The position numbers and the translations under genes are program-made. Source: Candidatus Woesearchaeota archaeon (lineage in GTDB: Archaea > Nanobdellota > Nanobdellia > Pacearchaeales > GW2011-AR1). Taken from it: DNA of 63,218 bases. The notes beneath the pieces are model-generated. The model had not been told where the DNA came from. It ran no database searches and saw only the letters and a list, made by a program, of their open reading frames with translations. Position 1 is the first letter of the stretch; the number at the start of each line of letters is the position of its first letter. Shown here in pieces: positions 8,837 through 18,331 of this stretch. The stretch covers positions 1 to 63,218 of the forward strand of contig CAZRMJ010000004.1 of NCBI GenBank assembly GCA_964601175.1, read 5' to 3'.

Positions 8837-10048
8837 CTATGCCCAAAGTAAATTTATCAAACTAAATACAAGCATCCCTAAAGAAGAAATTATCCCTAAC
8901 AATGCCAAAACAGGAAATCTTCCTATATTCAATGGAATCTTAAACTTCCTTTCCGTTTTCAATTTATACCTTAAAACAACAACTGACAAATTAACTAAAG
9001 CAAAAGTAAAAAACATTAAAGAGGTAGTTAAATCAGCAACAAAGTTTATGTCTCCAATAAATGCGAATAATAAAGCAATTAAAGAAGTAACAAAAACTGC
9101 AACATAAGGAGTCATTCTTTTTTTATCAATTCTACAAAAAATCTTTGGTAAAGATTTTCTTTGAGACATACCATATATCATCCTAGAAGTTGTAACTAAA
9201 GTAAGTAGTATAGTATTTGAAGTAGAAAATAATGCAATTATTGCTAAAACAATAAATGCAGGTTCCCCGAAAATAGAAGCAGCAACATCTGCTATAGGGC
9301 TGTTACTTCCTGAAATCAATTGAGAAGGCAAAATGCTCACAACTGAAATAGAAACAAGTACATATACAATAGTAGTAATGACGATAGACCAAATAATTGA
9401 ATGAGGAATAGTTTTCTTAGGATTCTTTACCTCATCACTTAATTTAACTATAGTTTCAAATCCCATATAAGCAAAGAATACTAAGGCTCCTGCTTTAAAG
9501 ACCCCAAAAAGCCCATGAGGCATTTCAAGAAGATTAACTTTTCCATAATAAGGAATACCTAAAAAGATAATTATAACTAAACCTATAAATTCTACGGCTG
9601 TAGAAAACAAATTAAACTTATTGCTTTCCTTGATTCCGAAATAATTTATTAAAGTCATAACAAAAATAACGCCCAATCCTGCATAAAGATAATTAACTGA
9701 AATCAATGAAGATAAATATCCTGCAAACCCTAAAGCCACAGTAGAAGCAGTAACAATTCCCGTAAGAATAACTAAAATAGAAACAAAAATAGATATTTTC
9801 TTTCCAAATCCTTCCTTGAGATAGTCATATTCTCCAGCATCTCCTTTGAACATCGAACTCAATTCAGCATAACTTAATCCAGTGAATGCAGCAACAATTG
9901 AAGAAATCAAAAAACTAAGCCATAGGGTATTCCCAGTTTCTCCAGCAGCAATGCCTATCAAAGCATAAATTCCAGCACCAAGAATAATTCCTACTCCTGC
10001 AACGACTGCAGAAAAAAGACCAAGTTCTCTTTTTAGTTTACCGGGCAT
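8837..10048 (-). CDS. Amino acid permease (APC superfamily)
   Basis: 403 aa, about 11-12 hydrophobic helices, with the LSYAELSSMFKGDAGEY motif typical of APC transporters. Confidence 0.8.
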   Translation of the reverse strand: MPGKLKRELGLFSAVVAGVGIILGAGIYALIGIAAGETGNTLWLSFLISSIVAAFTGLSYAELSSMFKGDAGEYDYLKEGFGKKISIFVSILVILTGIVTASTVALGFAGYLSSLISVNYLYAGLGVIFVMTLINYFGIKESNKFNLFSTAVEFIGLVIIIFLGIPYYGKVNLLEMPHGLFGVFKAGALVFFAYMGFETIVKLSDEVKNPKKTIPHSIIWSIVITTIVYVLVSISVVSILPSQLISGSNSPIADVAASIFGEPAFIVLAIIALFSTSNTILLTLVTTSRMIYGMSQRKSLPKIFCRIDKKRMTPYVAVFVTSLIALLFAFIGDINFVADLTTSLMFFTFALVNLSVVVLRYKLKTERKFKIPLNIGRFPVLALLGIISSLGMLVFSLINLLWA

Positions 10049-10082
10049 AAATAATACAATTAAAGATTATTTTTAATTCTTG

Positions 10083-11543
10083 TTAGTTACTTCCAAGAAC
10101 TAATTCTATAAGTTCCATTGCTTTTTTAGCATCTATTTTACCCTTAAGTTTAGACATTAAAAGACCCATATATGCATTAGCCCTCATGCCAGGTTTCTCC
10201 TTGACAATTTTTCTTATTTCTAATTCTATTTCATCATCATTAACTTTCTCTATTTTAAGAGCATCCTTAACTTTAGATCCAGAAAGAACCTTAGAAAGAA
10301 TAGGTTTAACATCTCCAGAAACAATATTTTCATCTGCAAGCTCTCTAAGAACTTCAGCATATACAGTTTCATTCAAAATAGACCTAATTTCAGAAAAAGA
10401 TTTTTTATTTTTAGAAGCAAACTCCTGCCTCCAAAGAGTCACCATTTTAGCAACTAAATTAGCATCCATTGGATAGATATCTAATAAAACATTAAACTCA
10501 TCAAACAATTCCGAATCATCTAGAACAAGTTCAACCAAATCTTCTGAAACTCCTTTTTTACGCAATTCATCTCTAATATCCGTTTTGAGTTTAGGCAAAC
10601 TTTTTTTCAAATGATCTACTCTCTGTCTTCCAATTCTCAATAAACTCAAATCAGTTTCAGGATACATCCTATCAGCCCCAGGCATAGGCCTAAGAAATTC
10701 ACTAGTCCCATCAGGTAAAGCATTTCTAACATCTCCAGTAATCTTTTTTTTCTTAATATTTTCAATCTGCCTAGAAATTTCAGTGTCTATGGTTTTAATC
10801 ATCATTTTAGGATCTTGAAATCCTTTTATCTCAACCCTATCATGTCCTTTAATAGAAATATTAACATCTTGTCTTATTGTGCCAATACCTCTCTTAACTT
10901 TACAGGCCCTCAATATTTCTCCAATTTTCAAGGCACATTCCTTAACTTGTTCAGGACTAGTTAGATCTGGATATGTAGCTATTTCGACTAAAGGAATTCC
11001 AAGTCTATCCAATCTATAAACTACCTTTTCCTTGCTTCTAGAAATTACTCTCGCAGAATCTTCTTCTAAACAAACCGAAGCAACTCTAACATCACCATAA
11101 GAAGTTTCAATCAAACCATCATGAGCAATCAAAACAGTTCTTTGAAACCCACTAGTATTTGATCCATCAATAACCGTTTTCCTCATAACTTGAGTTACTG
11201 GATAAATCTCACAATTAAGAAGTAAAGAAACAGTAAGTGCTGTATTTAGCGCTTCTTCATTAACATTTTCAGGAGGCGCTTCATCAAGTTCAACTAAAGA
11301 AACCGTATCTTTATACCCTTCATAAAAAAATTTCTTTCCAAGAGAAGTTTCATGAACTACAGCAGTATCAACTTCTCCGCTCTCTCCAGCAACAGCATGA
11401 AGTTTCCTTTCAATAACATAATCAGGTTCATCATTTCTCAAAAAAGAGGGTGCTCCAGAAAACAACTTAGGACTATCTATTTGTTGATGTATTTCAAGTC
11501 CCGCTTTAAATCCCAGTCCAATATAATCATGTTTATCATTCAT
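10083..11543 (-). CDS. gatE: Glu-tRNA(Gln) amidotransferase subunit E (short form)
   Basis: 486 aa; N-terminus YIGLGFKAGLEIHQQIDS.KLF, RLDRLGIPLVEI, DVNISIKG, and a YqeY-like C-terminal tail. About 130 aa shorter than GatE as I recall it. Confidence 0.8.
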   Translation of the reverse strand: MNDKHDYIGLGFKAGLEIHQQIDSPKLFSGAPSFLRNDEPDYVIERKLHAVAGESGEVDTAVVHETSLGKKFFYEGYKDTVSLVELDEAPPENVNEEALNTALTVSLLLNCEIYPVTQVMRKTVIDGSNTSGFQRTVLIAHDGLIETSYGDVRVASVCLEEDSARVISRSKEKVVYRLDRLGIPLVEIATYPDLTSPEQVKECALKIGEILRACKVKRGIGTIRQDVNISIKGHDRVEIKGFQDPKMMIKTIDTEISRQIENIKKKKITGDVRNALPDGTSEFLRPMPGADRMYPETDLSLLRIGRQRVDHLKKSLPKLKTDIRDELRKKGVSEDLVELVLDDSELFDEFNVLLDIYPMDANLVAKMVTLWRQEFASKNKKSFSEIRSILNETVYAEVLRELADENIVSGDVKPILSKVLSGSKVKDALKIEKVNDDEIELEIRKIVKEKPGMRANAYMGLLMSKLKGKIDAKKAMELIELVLGSN

Positions 11544-11574
11544 AAAATTAAAACAAGAAAGGTATTATTAAAGA

Positions 11575-12492
11575 TTACTTCTTATTCTTTGGAAGATCTT
11601 TTGCAAAATTTTGAGTATTTGATCCATCATACCCTAACTTATGTGCTGAAGAATCCCACATACACTTAAAATCGCCTTCAAGCTGACCCCAACTATCTGG
11701 ATGAGATAAAAATTGAGGGTTATTACGTGCAGAATAAACATCAATTCCTTCAAAACCCATACAATTAGCAAAGGTCTCAGCAACAGATAAACAAGCAACC
11801 CCGAATTTAACTCCTTCAGGAAATCGTGCATTTCTACAAGACTGCATTTGAGAAACTAACATGCGTTCATTTTGAGGCCAAAATCCAACAACTCCAACTA
11901 ATCCAGTTTCTCCACGATTATCCTTAGAATCTTGATAAACTTCTATAATAAAAGGAGAATCTGATCTAATCCCTCCTCCATGAGTGCCTCCTTGACTTAT
12001 GGTGCCTATTCCAGTATTAACTGAAATTCTATATCCTCTCAAATCTTTTCCATCAGGGAGATGAATATCTTTAGTATCTCTGCCAAAATGTTTGGCCAAA
12101 AAACCATCCGTATGCAAAGTCATCAATGAAAGATTTCCAGCCAATTGATCGCTACACCCCATCGCCCTACTATAACGAGTTATAGCATCTAAATTGGGAG
12201 AAAGAGGAGATTCCAATAACGGAATTAATGCAAGATGACTATCTGGAGGACTCACGCGAAGACGATCTAAACTATTCTCAAAATAAGGGTCTCTAAAGTT
12301 TTGTTCTCCTAAAATTTCAGGGTAGACTAAATCCCAAACTTCCCTTAAAGAATCTACATCTACATTAGTAGCACCATCCAAAACTAAAGGAATTGCATCC
12401 TCATATAAAAAATTTCTAACAGAGCTAAATCTACCTTCACATTTAACCCTACGCCCATTAGAATTTTCTTCATTTGCCATGTAAATTATCAA
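11575..12492 (-). CDS. Hypothetical protein inserted between gatE and gatD
   Basis: 305-aa ORF on the coding strand, and it looks richer in G/C than its neighbours by eye. No firm motif; the C-terminal LVGVVGFW..MLVSQMQSCRNARFPEGVKFGVACLSVAETFANCMGFEGIDVY is loosely GNAT-like. Confidence 0.5.
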   Translation of the reverse strand: MIIYMANEENSNGRRVKCEGRFSSVRNFLYEDAIPLVLDGATNVDVDSLREVWDLVYPEILGEQNFRDPYFENSLDRLRVSPPDSHLALIPLLESPLSPNLDAITRYSRAMGCSDQLAGNLSLMTLHTDGFLAKHFGRDTKDIHLPDGKDLRGYRISVNTGIGTISQGGTHGGGIRSDSPFIIEVYQDSKDNRGETGLVGVVGFWPQNERMLVSQMQSCRNARFPEGVKFGVACLSVAETFANCMGFEGIDVYSARNNPQFLSHPDSWGQLEGDFKCMWDSSAHKLGYDGSNTQNFAKDLPKNKK

Positions 12493-12546
12493 AAAATTAG
12501 TTATTTAAACCTTTTCATTTGTAACCCTCTGGAAGTTACAACATAA

Positions 12547-13821
12547 TCAAGATGTAAGCAACTCGTTAAATTCTCCAGAAATATTTTCAAGCATTTTCTC
12601 GCGAATAAGTCCCTTCCACTGTTTATGCCCTAAAACAAAACCCAATTTGACAAATGCAGTCTCCGGAAGCATATCCTTAAGATAAATAATCCCTAAAGAT
12701 TCTAGTTCTCTTCCTGGAGAATAAACCTTAGAATTCAAAGACCCATAAAAAGTTTGAGGAGCAAAACAAATAGAAACTCCTTGTTTAATCAATCTCTTCA
12801 AACTTGGAATCCAGCTATGATCTGAATCTCCTGTTGCAACATGTCCAAATCCAGTAGCTGCAATTACAATTCCCTTATATCCTTGAACCAAATAATAATC
12901 AAGTATTGAAGGATCCTGTCCGGGATAATAATAGATTAGACCAACTTTACTAGAAAAAGAAGTATCAATTTTACATAAACCAGAATCTCTAGATTTATAG
13001 TGAGTAAAAAATTCAACTTTATCAGGATAAACTTTAGCAATAGGATCACAATTTATAGGCTTAAAAGCATCCCTTCTAGAGGAATGCATTTTTCTGACCT
13101 TAGTTCCGCGTAAAGCATAACAATAGTCATCATTTTCAGTTGCATGCCCAACAAGCATAACTTCAGCACAATCCGAAATAGCCATTCTAACAGAACATTT
13201 CAAATTAAGACTAGCATCACTTGAAGCCCGATCAATGCTTCTTTGAGAAAAAGTCAAAACGACTGGTTTCTTCAAATCTTTCAAAAAGAAGCTTAATGCA
13301 GAAGCAGTATAGTGTAAAGTATCAGTACCATGAGTCACTATAACTCCTTTGATTTCAGGATCATTTAACATCTCTTTAACATGCTCTGCAATAGTTATCC
13401 AATGTTCATAGTTCATGTTTTCTGAAGAGGTCATGAAAGGAACAGATATTTTCTTAACATTAGCCATTTCAAAAATCTCTGGATAGAATTTAGAAAATTC
13501 ATTTACATCAGTCAACCAAGAAACCCCTCCCGTTTTAGAATCCAGTTTAGCAGCAATAGTACCTCCTGTAATTATAAGCCCGATAGAATCTTTTTTACCA
13601 TCACCCTTTGGAAAAACAGATTTAGGTCTAGAGGCCTTATTAAATCCCTCAACAACTTGACAATCCAGGATATTTTCTTTAGGAATTCCTATGTTATAAC
13701 CAGATTTTAGCTTAACTAAAATAACATCTACATCATAACTTTCAAGAACGGTCCCTTCTATCTCTTCGCGAGCAAGACGAAATCTAACTTTATCTCCAGA
13801 ATTGAAATTAAATTCAACCAT
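12547..13821 (-). CDS. gatD: Glu-tRNA(Gln) amidotransferase subunit D
   Basis: 424 aa; GatD N-terminal domain (GDKVRF..IEGTVLE) followed by an asparaginase fold (TGGTIAAK, VTHGTDT). Confidence 0.85.
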   Translation of the reverse strand: MVEFNFNSGDKVRFRLAREEIEGTVLESYDVDVILVKLKSGYNIGIPKENILDCQVVEGFNKASRPKSVFPKGDGKKDSIGLIITGGTIAAKLDSKTGGVSWLTDVNEFSKFYPEIFEMANVKKISVPFMTSSENMNYEHWITIAEHVKEMLNDPEIKGVIVTHGTDTLHYTASALSFFLKDLKKPVVLTFSQRSIDRASSDASLNLKCSVRMAISDCAEVMLVGHATENDDYCYALRGTKVRKMHSSRRDAFKPINCDPIAKVYPDKVEFFTHYKSRDSGLCKIDTSFSSKVGLIYYYPGQDPSILDYYLVQGYKGIVIAATGFGHVATGDSDHSWIPSLKRLIKQGVSICFAPQTFYGSLNSKVYSPGRELESLGIIYLKDMLPETAFVKLGFVLGHKQWKGLIREKMLENISGEFNELLTS

Positions 13822-15239
13822 TAATAATTTCTAGCAACGTATGCAAGAGTTTTGGTTTTTTGTCCGCTGATAATACAAGTCCCTTCATTGCTTTCCTCCT
13901 CAACGATTCTTGAATTGGCACCAGTCTCTTTCTTCAATTGCTCTTCTATTTTTTTATCATCAACCATAAAAACTTTTACAAGTTTACCTTCATCTAATTT
14001 TTTAATTAGCTGATTTTTATCTCTAGCAGAGTCCATTCTATCATTAAGATTCTTCAAAGCATTTGAGTAAAGATCTTTTTGAATATCCTCTAAAGTTTTG
14101 TCAACAACAGATAGAATGTCCTTATCTGAAACTATCTCTTTTTTGTTATTATCTCTTCTAACGATTACAACTTGTTTTTTATCTAAATCTTTAGGTCCAA
14201 CTTCTATTCTTAATGGAACTCCTTTCAATTCCCATTCACTAAATTTCCACCCTGGAGAATATCCTTCACGATCATCTAAAAACGCACCATGTTGTTTAAG
14301 TTGATTGGCGATATGCTTACAATGACTCAAAACTTTATCCTTAGAATCTTCAAACAAGATAGGTACAATCACAATTTTATTAACTGCAATTTTTGGAGGA
14401 ATGATAAGACCTTTATCATCTCCGTGTACCATTGCAAGAGCACCAATTAAACGAGTAGAAAATCCCCATGAGGTCTGCCAAACATATTGATCATTTTCAT
14501 TTTTATCTTTAAACATAACATTAAATGATTTTGCAAAATTCTGGCCCAAGTTATGTGATGTCCCCATTTGCAATGCTTTTCCATCAGGCATTATTGCTTC
14601 CATTGTTAAAGTAGTCAAAGCTCCTGCAAACTTTTCCATTTTAGACTTACGACCAACTAGAACTGGAATAGCAAGTAAATTCTCAACTAATTGCTGATAA
14701 GAACCAATCATCTCATACATATTATTCTCAGCTTCATCTTTAGTTGCAAATGCACAATGGCCCTCTTGCCATAGAAATTCTCTAGTTCTTACAAAAGGCT
14801 TAGTCTGTTTAACTTCCCATCTTAAAACATTACACCACTGGTTTATCTTCAAAGGCAAATCTCTATGAGACCTAATCCATTTAGAATATGAATCATACAT
14901 TATAGTTTCAGAAGTAGGGCGTATTGCTAGTCTGTGATCTTCATCTTTCTGTTCAACGTAAGCCAATTCAGGTGCAAAACCCTCTGCATGTTCTGCTTCC
15001 TTCTTAAAAAAATAATCTGGAATCAATAAAGGAAAATAAGCATTAGAAACGCCTTTTTCTTTCAAAACCGCATTAAAATTATTCTGAATATTTTCCCACA
15101 AAGCATATGCTCTAGGCCTTACAATCATAAATCCCTTAACAGGAGAATAATCTGCAAGTTCTGCTTTTTGAACAACTTCAGTAAACCATTCACTAAAATT
15201 ATCATTCTTCTTGACAGTCAAACCTTTTGAGTCTACCAT
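13821..15239 (-). CDS. proS: Prolyl-tRNA synthetase, archaeal/eukaryotic type
   Basis: 472 aa; FSEWFTEVVQKAELADYSPVKG, RPTSET, WQTSWG, and a C-terminal ...Y residue. Confidence 0.9.
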   Translation of the reverse strand: MVDSKGLTVKKNDNFSEWFTEVVQKAELADYSPVKGFMIVRPRAYALWENIQNNFNAVLKEKGVSNAYFPLLIPDYFFKKEAEHAEGFAPELAYVEQKDEDHRLAIRPTSETIMYDSYSKWIRSHRDLPLKINQWCNVLRWEVKQTKPFVRTREFLWQEGHCAFATKDEAENNMYEMIGSYQQLVENLLAIPVLVGRKSKMEKFAGALTTLTMEAIMPDGKALQMGTSHNLGQNFAKSFNVMFKDKNENDQYVWQTSWGFSTRLIGALAMVHGDDKGLIIPPKIAVNKIVIVPILFEDSKDKVLSHCKHIANQLKQHGAFLDDREGYSPGWKFSEWELKGVPLRIEVGPKDLDKKQVVIVRRDNNKKEIVSDKDILSVVDKTLEDIQKDLYSNALKNLNDRMDSARDKNQLIKKLDEGKLVKVFMVDDKKIEEQLKKETGANSRIVEEESNEGTCIISGQKTKTLAYVARNY

Positions 15240-15376
15240 ATCTAAAAATTTTTCACCATAAACATAAGGACAAATCCCTTGTTTTAAATTTTTGGATGTC
15301 CAAGGTTTTCATCAAATAAACTTTGGCATTGAAAAAGAATGAAAACACTTATTAAAGCTTATCTTCAAACAAGATA

Positions 15377-17878
15377 ATGAAAAAAGAAATAGTGAGATTG
15401 CCAGATTACATAATTCCATCAAACTATTCAATAAATATAGAACCTTCAGAAGATATGAACTCATATAAGGGGTCAATTAAAATAAAAGCAGCAATAGAAA
15501 AACCAACCCAGAATATAATTCTACATTCAAAAAATCCAGAAATTAAAACTACTACAATATGCGTAGGAAACCAATGTTTGCTTCCAAAAATAACAGAAAA
15601 TAAAGATTCAGAAACAATAAACTTAGAAGTTCAAAAAACAATAAAAGGAGAAATAGAGATCCATATAGAATTCAATGGCATAGTTACTGAAGATCTGGCA
15701 GGAATTTACAAAAGCAAATATGATTATAAAAATAAAACAAATTACCTAATAACTACTCAATGTGAAGCCCCCTATGCTAGAAGAATATTTCCTTGTTTTG
15801 ATGAACCTGATAAAAAAGCTACTTTTGATTTAACAATAAAAATAAACAAAAATCTAAAGGCAATAAGCAATATGCCCACAGAATATGAAAAATCAGAAGA
15901 TAATAAAAAAATAATAAAATTCAAAACGACTCCTAAAATGTCTTCCTATCTATTCTATTTAGGAATAGGAGATTTTGAATTTGCAGAAGACAAATATAAA
16001 AACGTAAAATTAAGAGTGGCTACTACTCCTGGAAAAAGTAAAAATGCATCTTTTGCATTAGAAAAAACTAAGCAATACCTTGAATATTTTGAAAACTACT
16101 CTGAAATCCCATATCCCTTAGAAAAATTAGATCTCTTAGCAATCCCAGATTTTGGAGCTGGAGCCATGGAGAATTGGGGAGCAATAACATTTAGAGAATT
16201 ATTAATATTATTTGATAAAAAGAAAACATCTTCTAGTAGAAAGAAAAGAGTAGCAGAAGTAATAGCACATGAACTGTGGCATCAATGGTCTGGAAATCTA
16301 GTCACAATGAAATGGTGGAAAGATCTTTGGCTAAATGAAAGTTTTGCAACATATATGGCATATAAAGCAGCAGACCATTATAATCCTGAATGGAATTTAT
16401 GGAATGATTATTTAATAAACGAACTATCAACTGGACTGTATAAAGATACCCTTAAAACAACACATCCGATAGAAGTCGAAATAAAAAGCCCAGAAGAGAT
16501 AGAAGAAGTTTTTGATGAAATAAGTTATCAAAAAGGTGGCTCAGTATTAAGAATGGTAGAAAATTATCTAGGAGAAGAATTCTTCAGACTTGGAGTATCA
16601 AATTATCTAAAAAAATATGCTTATTCAAACGCTTCTGCAAGCTACTTATGGAACTCTCTAGATGAAGTATCTGGAAAGAAAATAAAAGAAATTATGAAAT
16701 CTTGGATATCTCAACCAGGATATCCTTTAGTACAAGTAGAAAAAACAAAAGATGGAATAAAAGTTTCTCAAAAAAGATGTAACAAACAAACAGATCAGTT
16801 ATGGCATATACCTCTATCGATATGCACAGAAAGCATATGCCACAACCATTTATTAGAAAAAAAAGAAGAGAATTACAAAATAAATGAACAAGACATTAAA
16901 CTAAATCATAAACAATTCGGATTTTATAGAACAAAATACTCCAAAGAGCTTTTAGATAATTTAGGAAGAATGATAAAAAACAACAAGTTAAGTGAACAAG
17001 ACAAGTGGGGAGCTAACCATGATTTATGGTCTTTAACTAGCATAAACGAAGAAAATCTAAAAAACTATATAGCTTCTCTGGACAACTACGAAACTGAAGA
17101 TAGTTACATAATATTATCTGAAATAGCTTCAAGCATAAAAAAAATTGATAGGCTTTTTTATAATGAATCTTGGTGGTTAGAAATAAAGAAAAAAATAGTA
17201 AAAAAATTATCTCCAACTTATAAAAATCAATTAACAAAACTAGGATGGGATAAAAGAAAAAATGACCAAATGGAACAAATTTTGTTAAGAAGTCTTTCAA
17301 TAAGCTTTTGTGGATTTTCCGAAGATATAGAAGTTATAGAAGAGGCTAAAAAAAGATATAATTCAAAAGACATAGACGCAGATATAGCAGGACAAGTATA
17401 CTACATAATTGCAATAAAAGGGAATAAAAAAGATTATGAAGAAATGATATTAAGATATAATAACGAGGAAGATGTTGAAAATAAGATTAAATTGTTAACC
17501 TCGATTTATCAGTTTAGAGATTCAACTATACTAAAAGATGCATTAGATTTTGCATTCACAGATAAAGTTAGAGTTCAAGATCTTAGATATATCTTTACAA
17601 GTTTGTTAAGCAATCCACTATCTCAAGAAGCTCTACTTAATTGGTTATCCCATAATTCTGAAAAAATAGAAGCATGTAAACAAAATCATTACATAATGAA
17701 AGATTTCATAGAATCAGTTATAATTTCACAAACTACAAAATCTGGAAGAGAAAAAGCAAAAGAGTTTTTAGAAAAAAGCAAAATACAATATGAAATGACA
17801 AAAACAAATGCATTTGAGATTTTAGACCAAAATCTAAAATTCATCGAAAATAACAAAGATTTTCTAAAAAATATGTAA
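15377..17878 (+). CDS. M1-family zinc aminopeptidase (aminopeptidase N / tricorn-interacting-factor-like)
   Basis: 833 aa; GAMENWG exopeptidase motif and HELWHQWSGNLVTMKWWKDLWLNESFA (HExxH-18-E). Confidence 0.9.
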   Translation: MKKEIVRLPDYIIPSNYSINIEPSEDMNSYKGSIKIKAAIEKPTQNIILHSKNPEIKTTTICVGNQCLLPKITENKDSETINLEVQKTIKGEIEIHIEFNGIVTEDLAGIYKSKYDYKNKTNYLITTQCEAPYARRIFPCFDEPDKKATFDLTIKINKNLKAISNMPTEYEKSEDNKKIIKFKTTPKMSSYLFYLGIGDFEFAEDKYKNVKLRVATTPGKSKNASFALEKTKQYLEYFENYSEIPYPLEKLDLLAIPDFGAGAMENWGAITFRELLILFDKKKTSSSRKKRVAEVIAHELWHQWSGNLVTMKWWKDLWLNESFATYMAYKAADHYNPEWNLWNDYLINELSTGLYKDTLKTTHPIEVEIKSPEEIEEVFDEISYQKGGSVLRMVENYLGEEFFRLGVSNYLKKYAYSNASASYLWNSLDEVSGKKIKEIMKSWISQPGYPLVQVEKTKDGIKVSQKRCNKQTDQLWHIPLSICTESICHNHLLEKKEENYKINEQDIKLNHKQFGFYRTKYSKELLDNLGRMIKNNKLSEQDKWGANHDLWSLTSINEENLKNYIASLDNYETEDSYIILSEIASSIKKIDRLFYNESWWLEIKKKIVKKLSPTYKNQLTKLGWDKRKNDQMEQILLRSLSISFCGFSEDIEVIEEAKKRYNSKDIDADIAGQVYYIIAIKGNKKDYEEMILRYNNEEDVENKIKLLTSIYQFRDSTILKDALDFAFTDKVRVQDLRYIFTSLLSNPLSQEALLNWLSHNSEKIEACKQNHYIMKDFIESVIISQTTKSGREKAKEFLEKSKIQYEMTKTNAFEILDQNLKFIENNKDFLKNM

Positions 17879-17882
17879 AAAT

Positions 17883-18134
17883 CTAAATTCCTAAGAATTT
17901 TAAGAGTTCATATACTAAAAATGCAGGCCAGACCATTGCTTTCAATATACCAAGAACACCCATCCAAAAACCAGTAGATATAGAAACATAGTAAATAGCA
18001 GCACCGACAGCTCCAAGACAATAAACTCCTGAGCCACATCCACCCTTGCCACGTTTACACTTATGATGCATGCACATTTCTTCATCCATATTCATCATTT
18101 TTCTATGCTTCATAGAATAACAAGAACAATGCAA
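17883..18134 (-). CDS. Small membrane protein with Cys/Met/His-rich N-terminus
   Basis: 83 aa; MHCSCYSMKHRKMMNMDEEMCMHHKCKRGKGGCGSG followed by two hydrophobic helices. Confidence 0.45.
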   Translation of the reverse strand: MHCSCYSMKHRKMMNMDEEMCMHHKCKRGKGGCGSGVYCLGAVGAAIYYVSISTGFWMGVLGILKAMVWPAFLVYELLKFLGI

Positions 18135-18145
18135 TATAAAAAGTT

Positions 18146-18243
18146 ATGGCCCTACGAGGAATACTTCAACTCTTAGTTGAAGTTAGATTACGACTTGTTC
18201 GTAATCGTACGTTCGATTCCTTGAAAATGGCCCTACGAGGAAT
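18146..18243. repeat. 17-nt direct repeat of the tRNA-Arg(TCG) 3' end flanking a 64-nt twin-hairpin cassette
   Basis: atggccctacgaggaat occurs at 18146-18162 and 18227-18243. Between them are H1 ACTTCAACT/AGTTGAAGT (18163-18183) and H2 GATTACGA-CTTGT-TCGTAATC (18186-18206). gttcgattcct (18211-18221) is the inverted copy of the T-loop region at 18238-18248. Confidence 0.85.
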
Positions 18244-18300
18244 CGAACCTCGATCACAGGATCCGAAGTCCCGTATTCTAATCCATTAAACTATAGGGCC
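18228..18300 (-). tRNA. tRNA-Arg (anticodon TCG)
   Basis: Hand-folded 73-nt cloverleaf: acceptor GGCCCTA/TAGGGCC, D loop with GG, anticodon arm CGGGA-CTTCGGA-TCCTG, T arm CGAGG-TTCGATT-CCTCG, discriminator A, no encoded CCA. Confidence 0.85.
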
Positions 18301-18321
18301 TTAAAATCAAATAAGAAGATG

Positions 18322-18330
18322 TATTTTAAA
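18322..18330 (-). promoter_or_regulatory. TATA box for tRNA-Arg(TCG)
   Basis: Minus-sense TTTAAAATA; the TTTAAA core starts 30 nt upstream of tRNA +1 (18300). Confidence 0.5.
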
Positions 18331-18331
18331 C

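Noticed and set aside
18146-18162. The distal repeat copies (18146-18162, 46221-46259, 49931-49962, 49299-49311) could be separate tRNA genes or split-tRNA halves
   Set aside because: They cover only 10-16 nt of tRNA sequence, none has the remaining arms nearby, and I found no GC-rich complementary leader of the kind that joins Nanoarchaeum split halves. I treat them as repeat copies, not genes.
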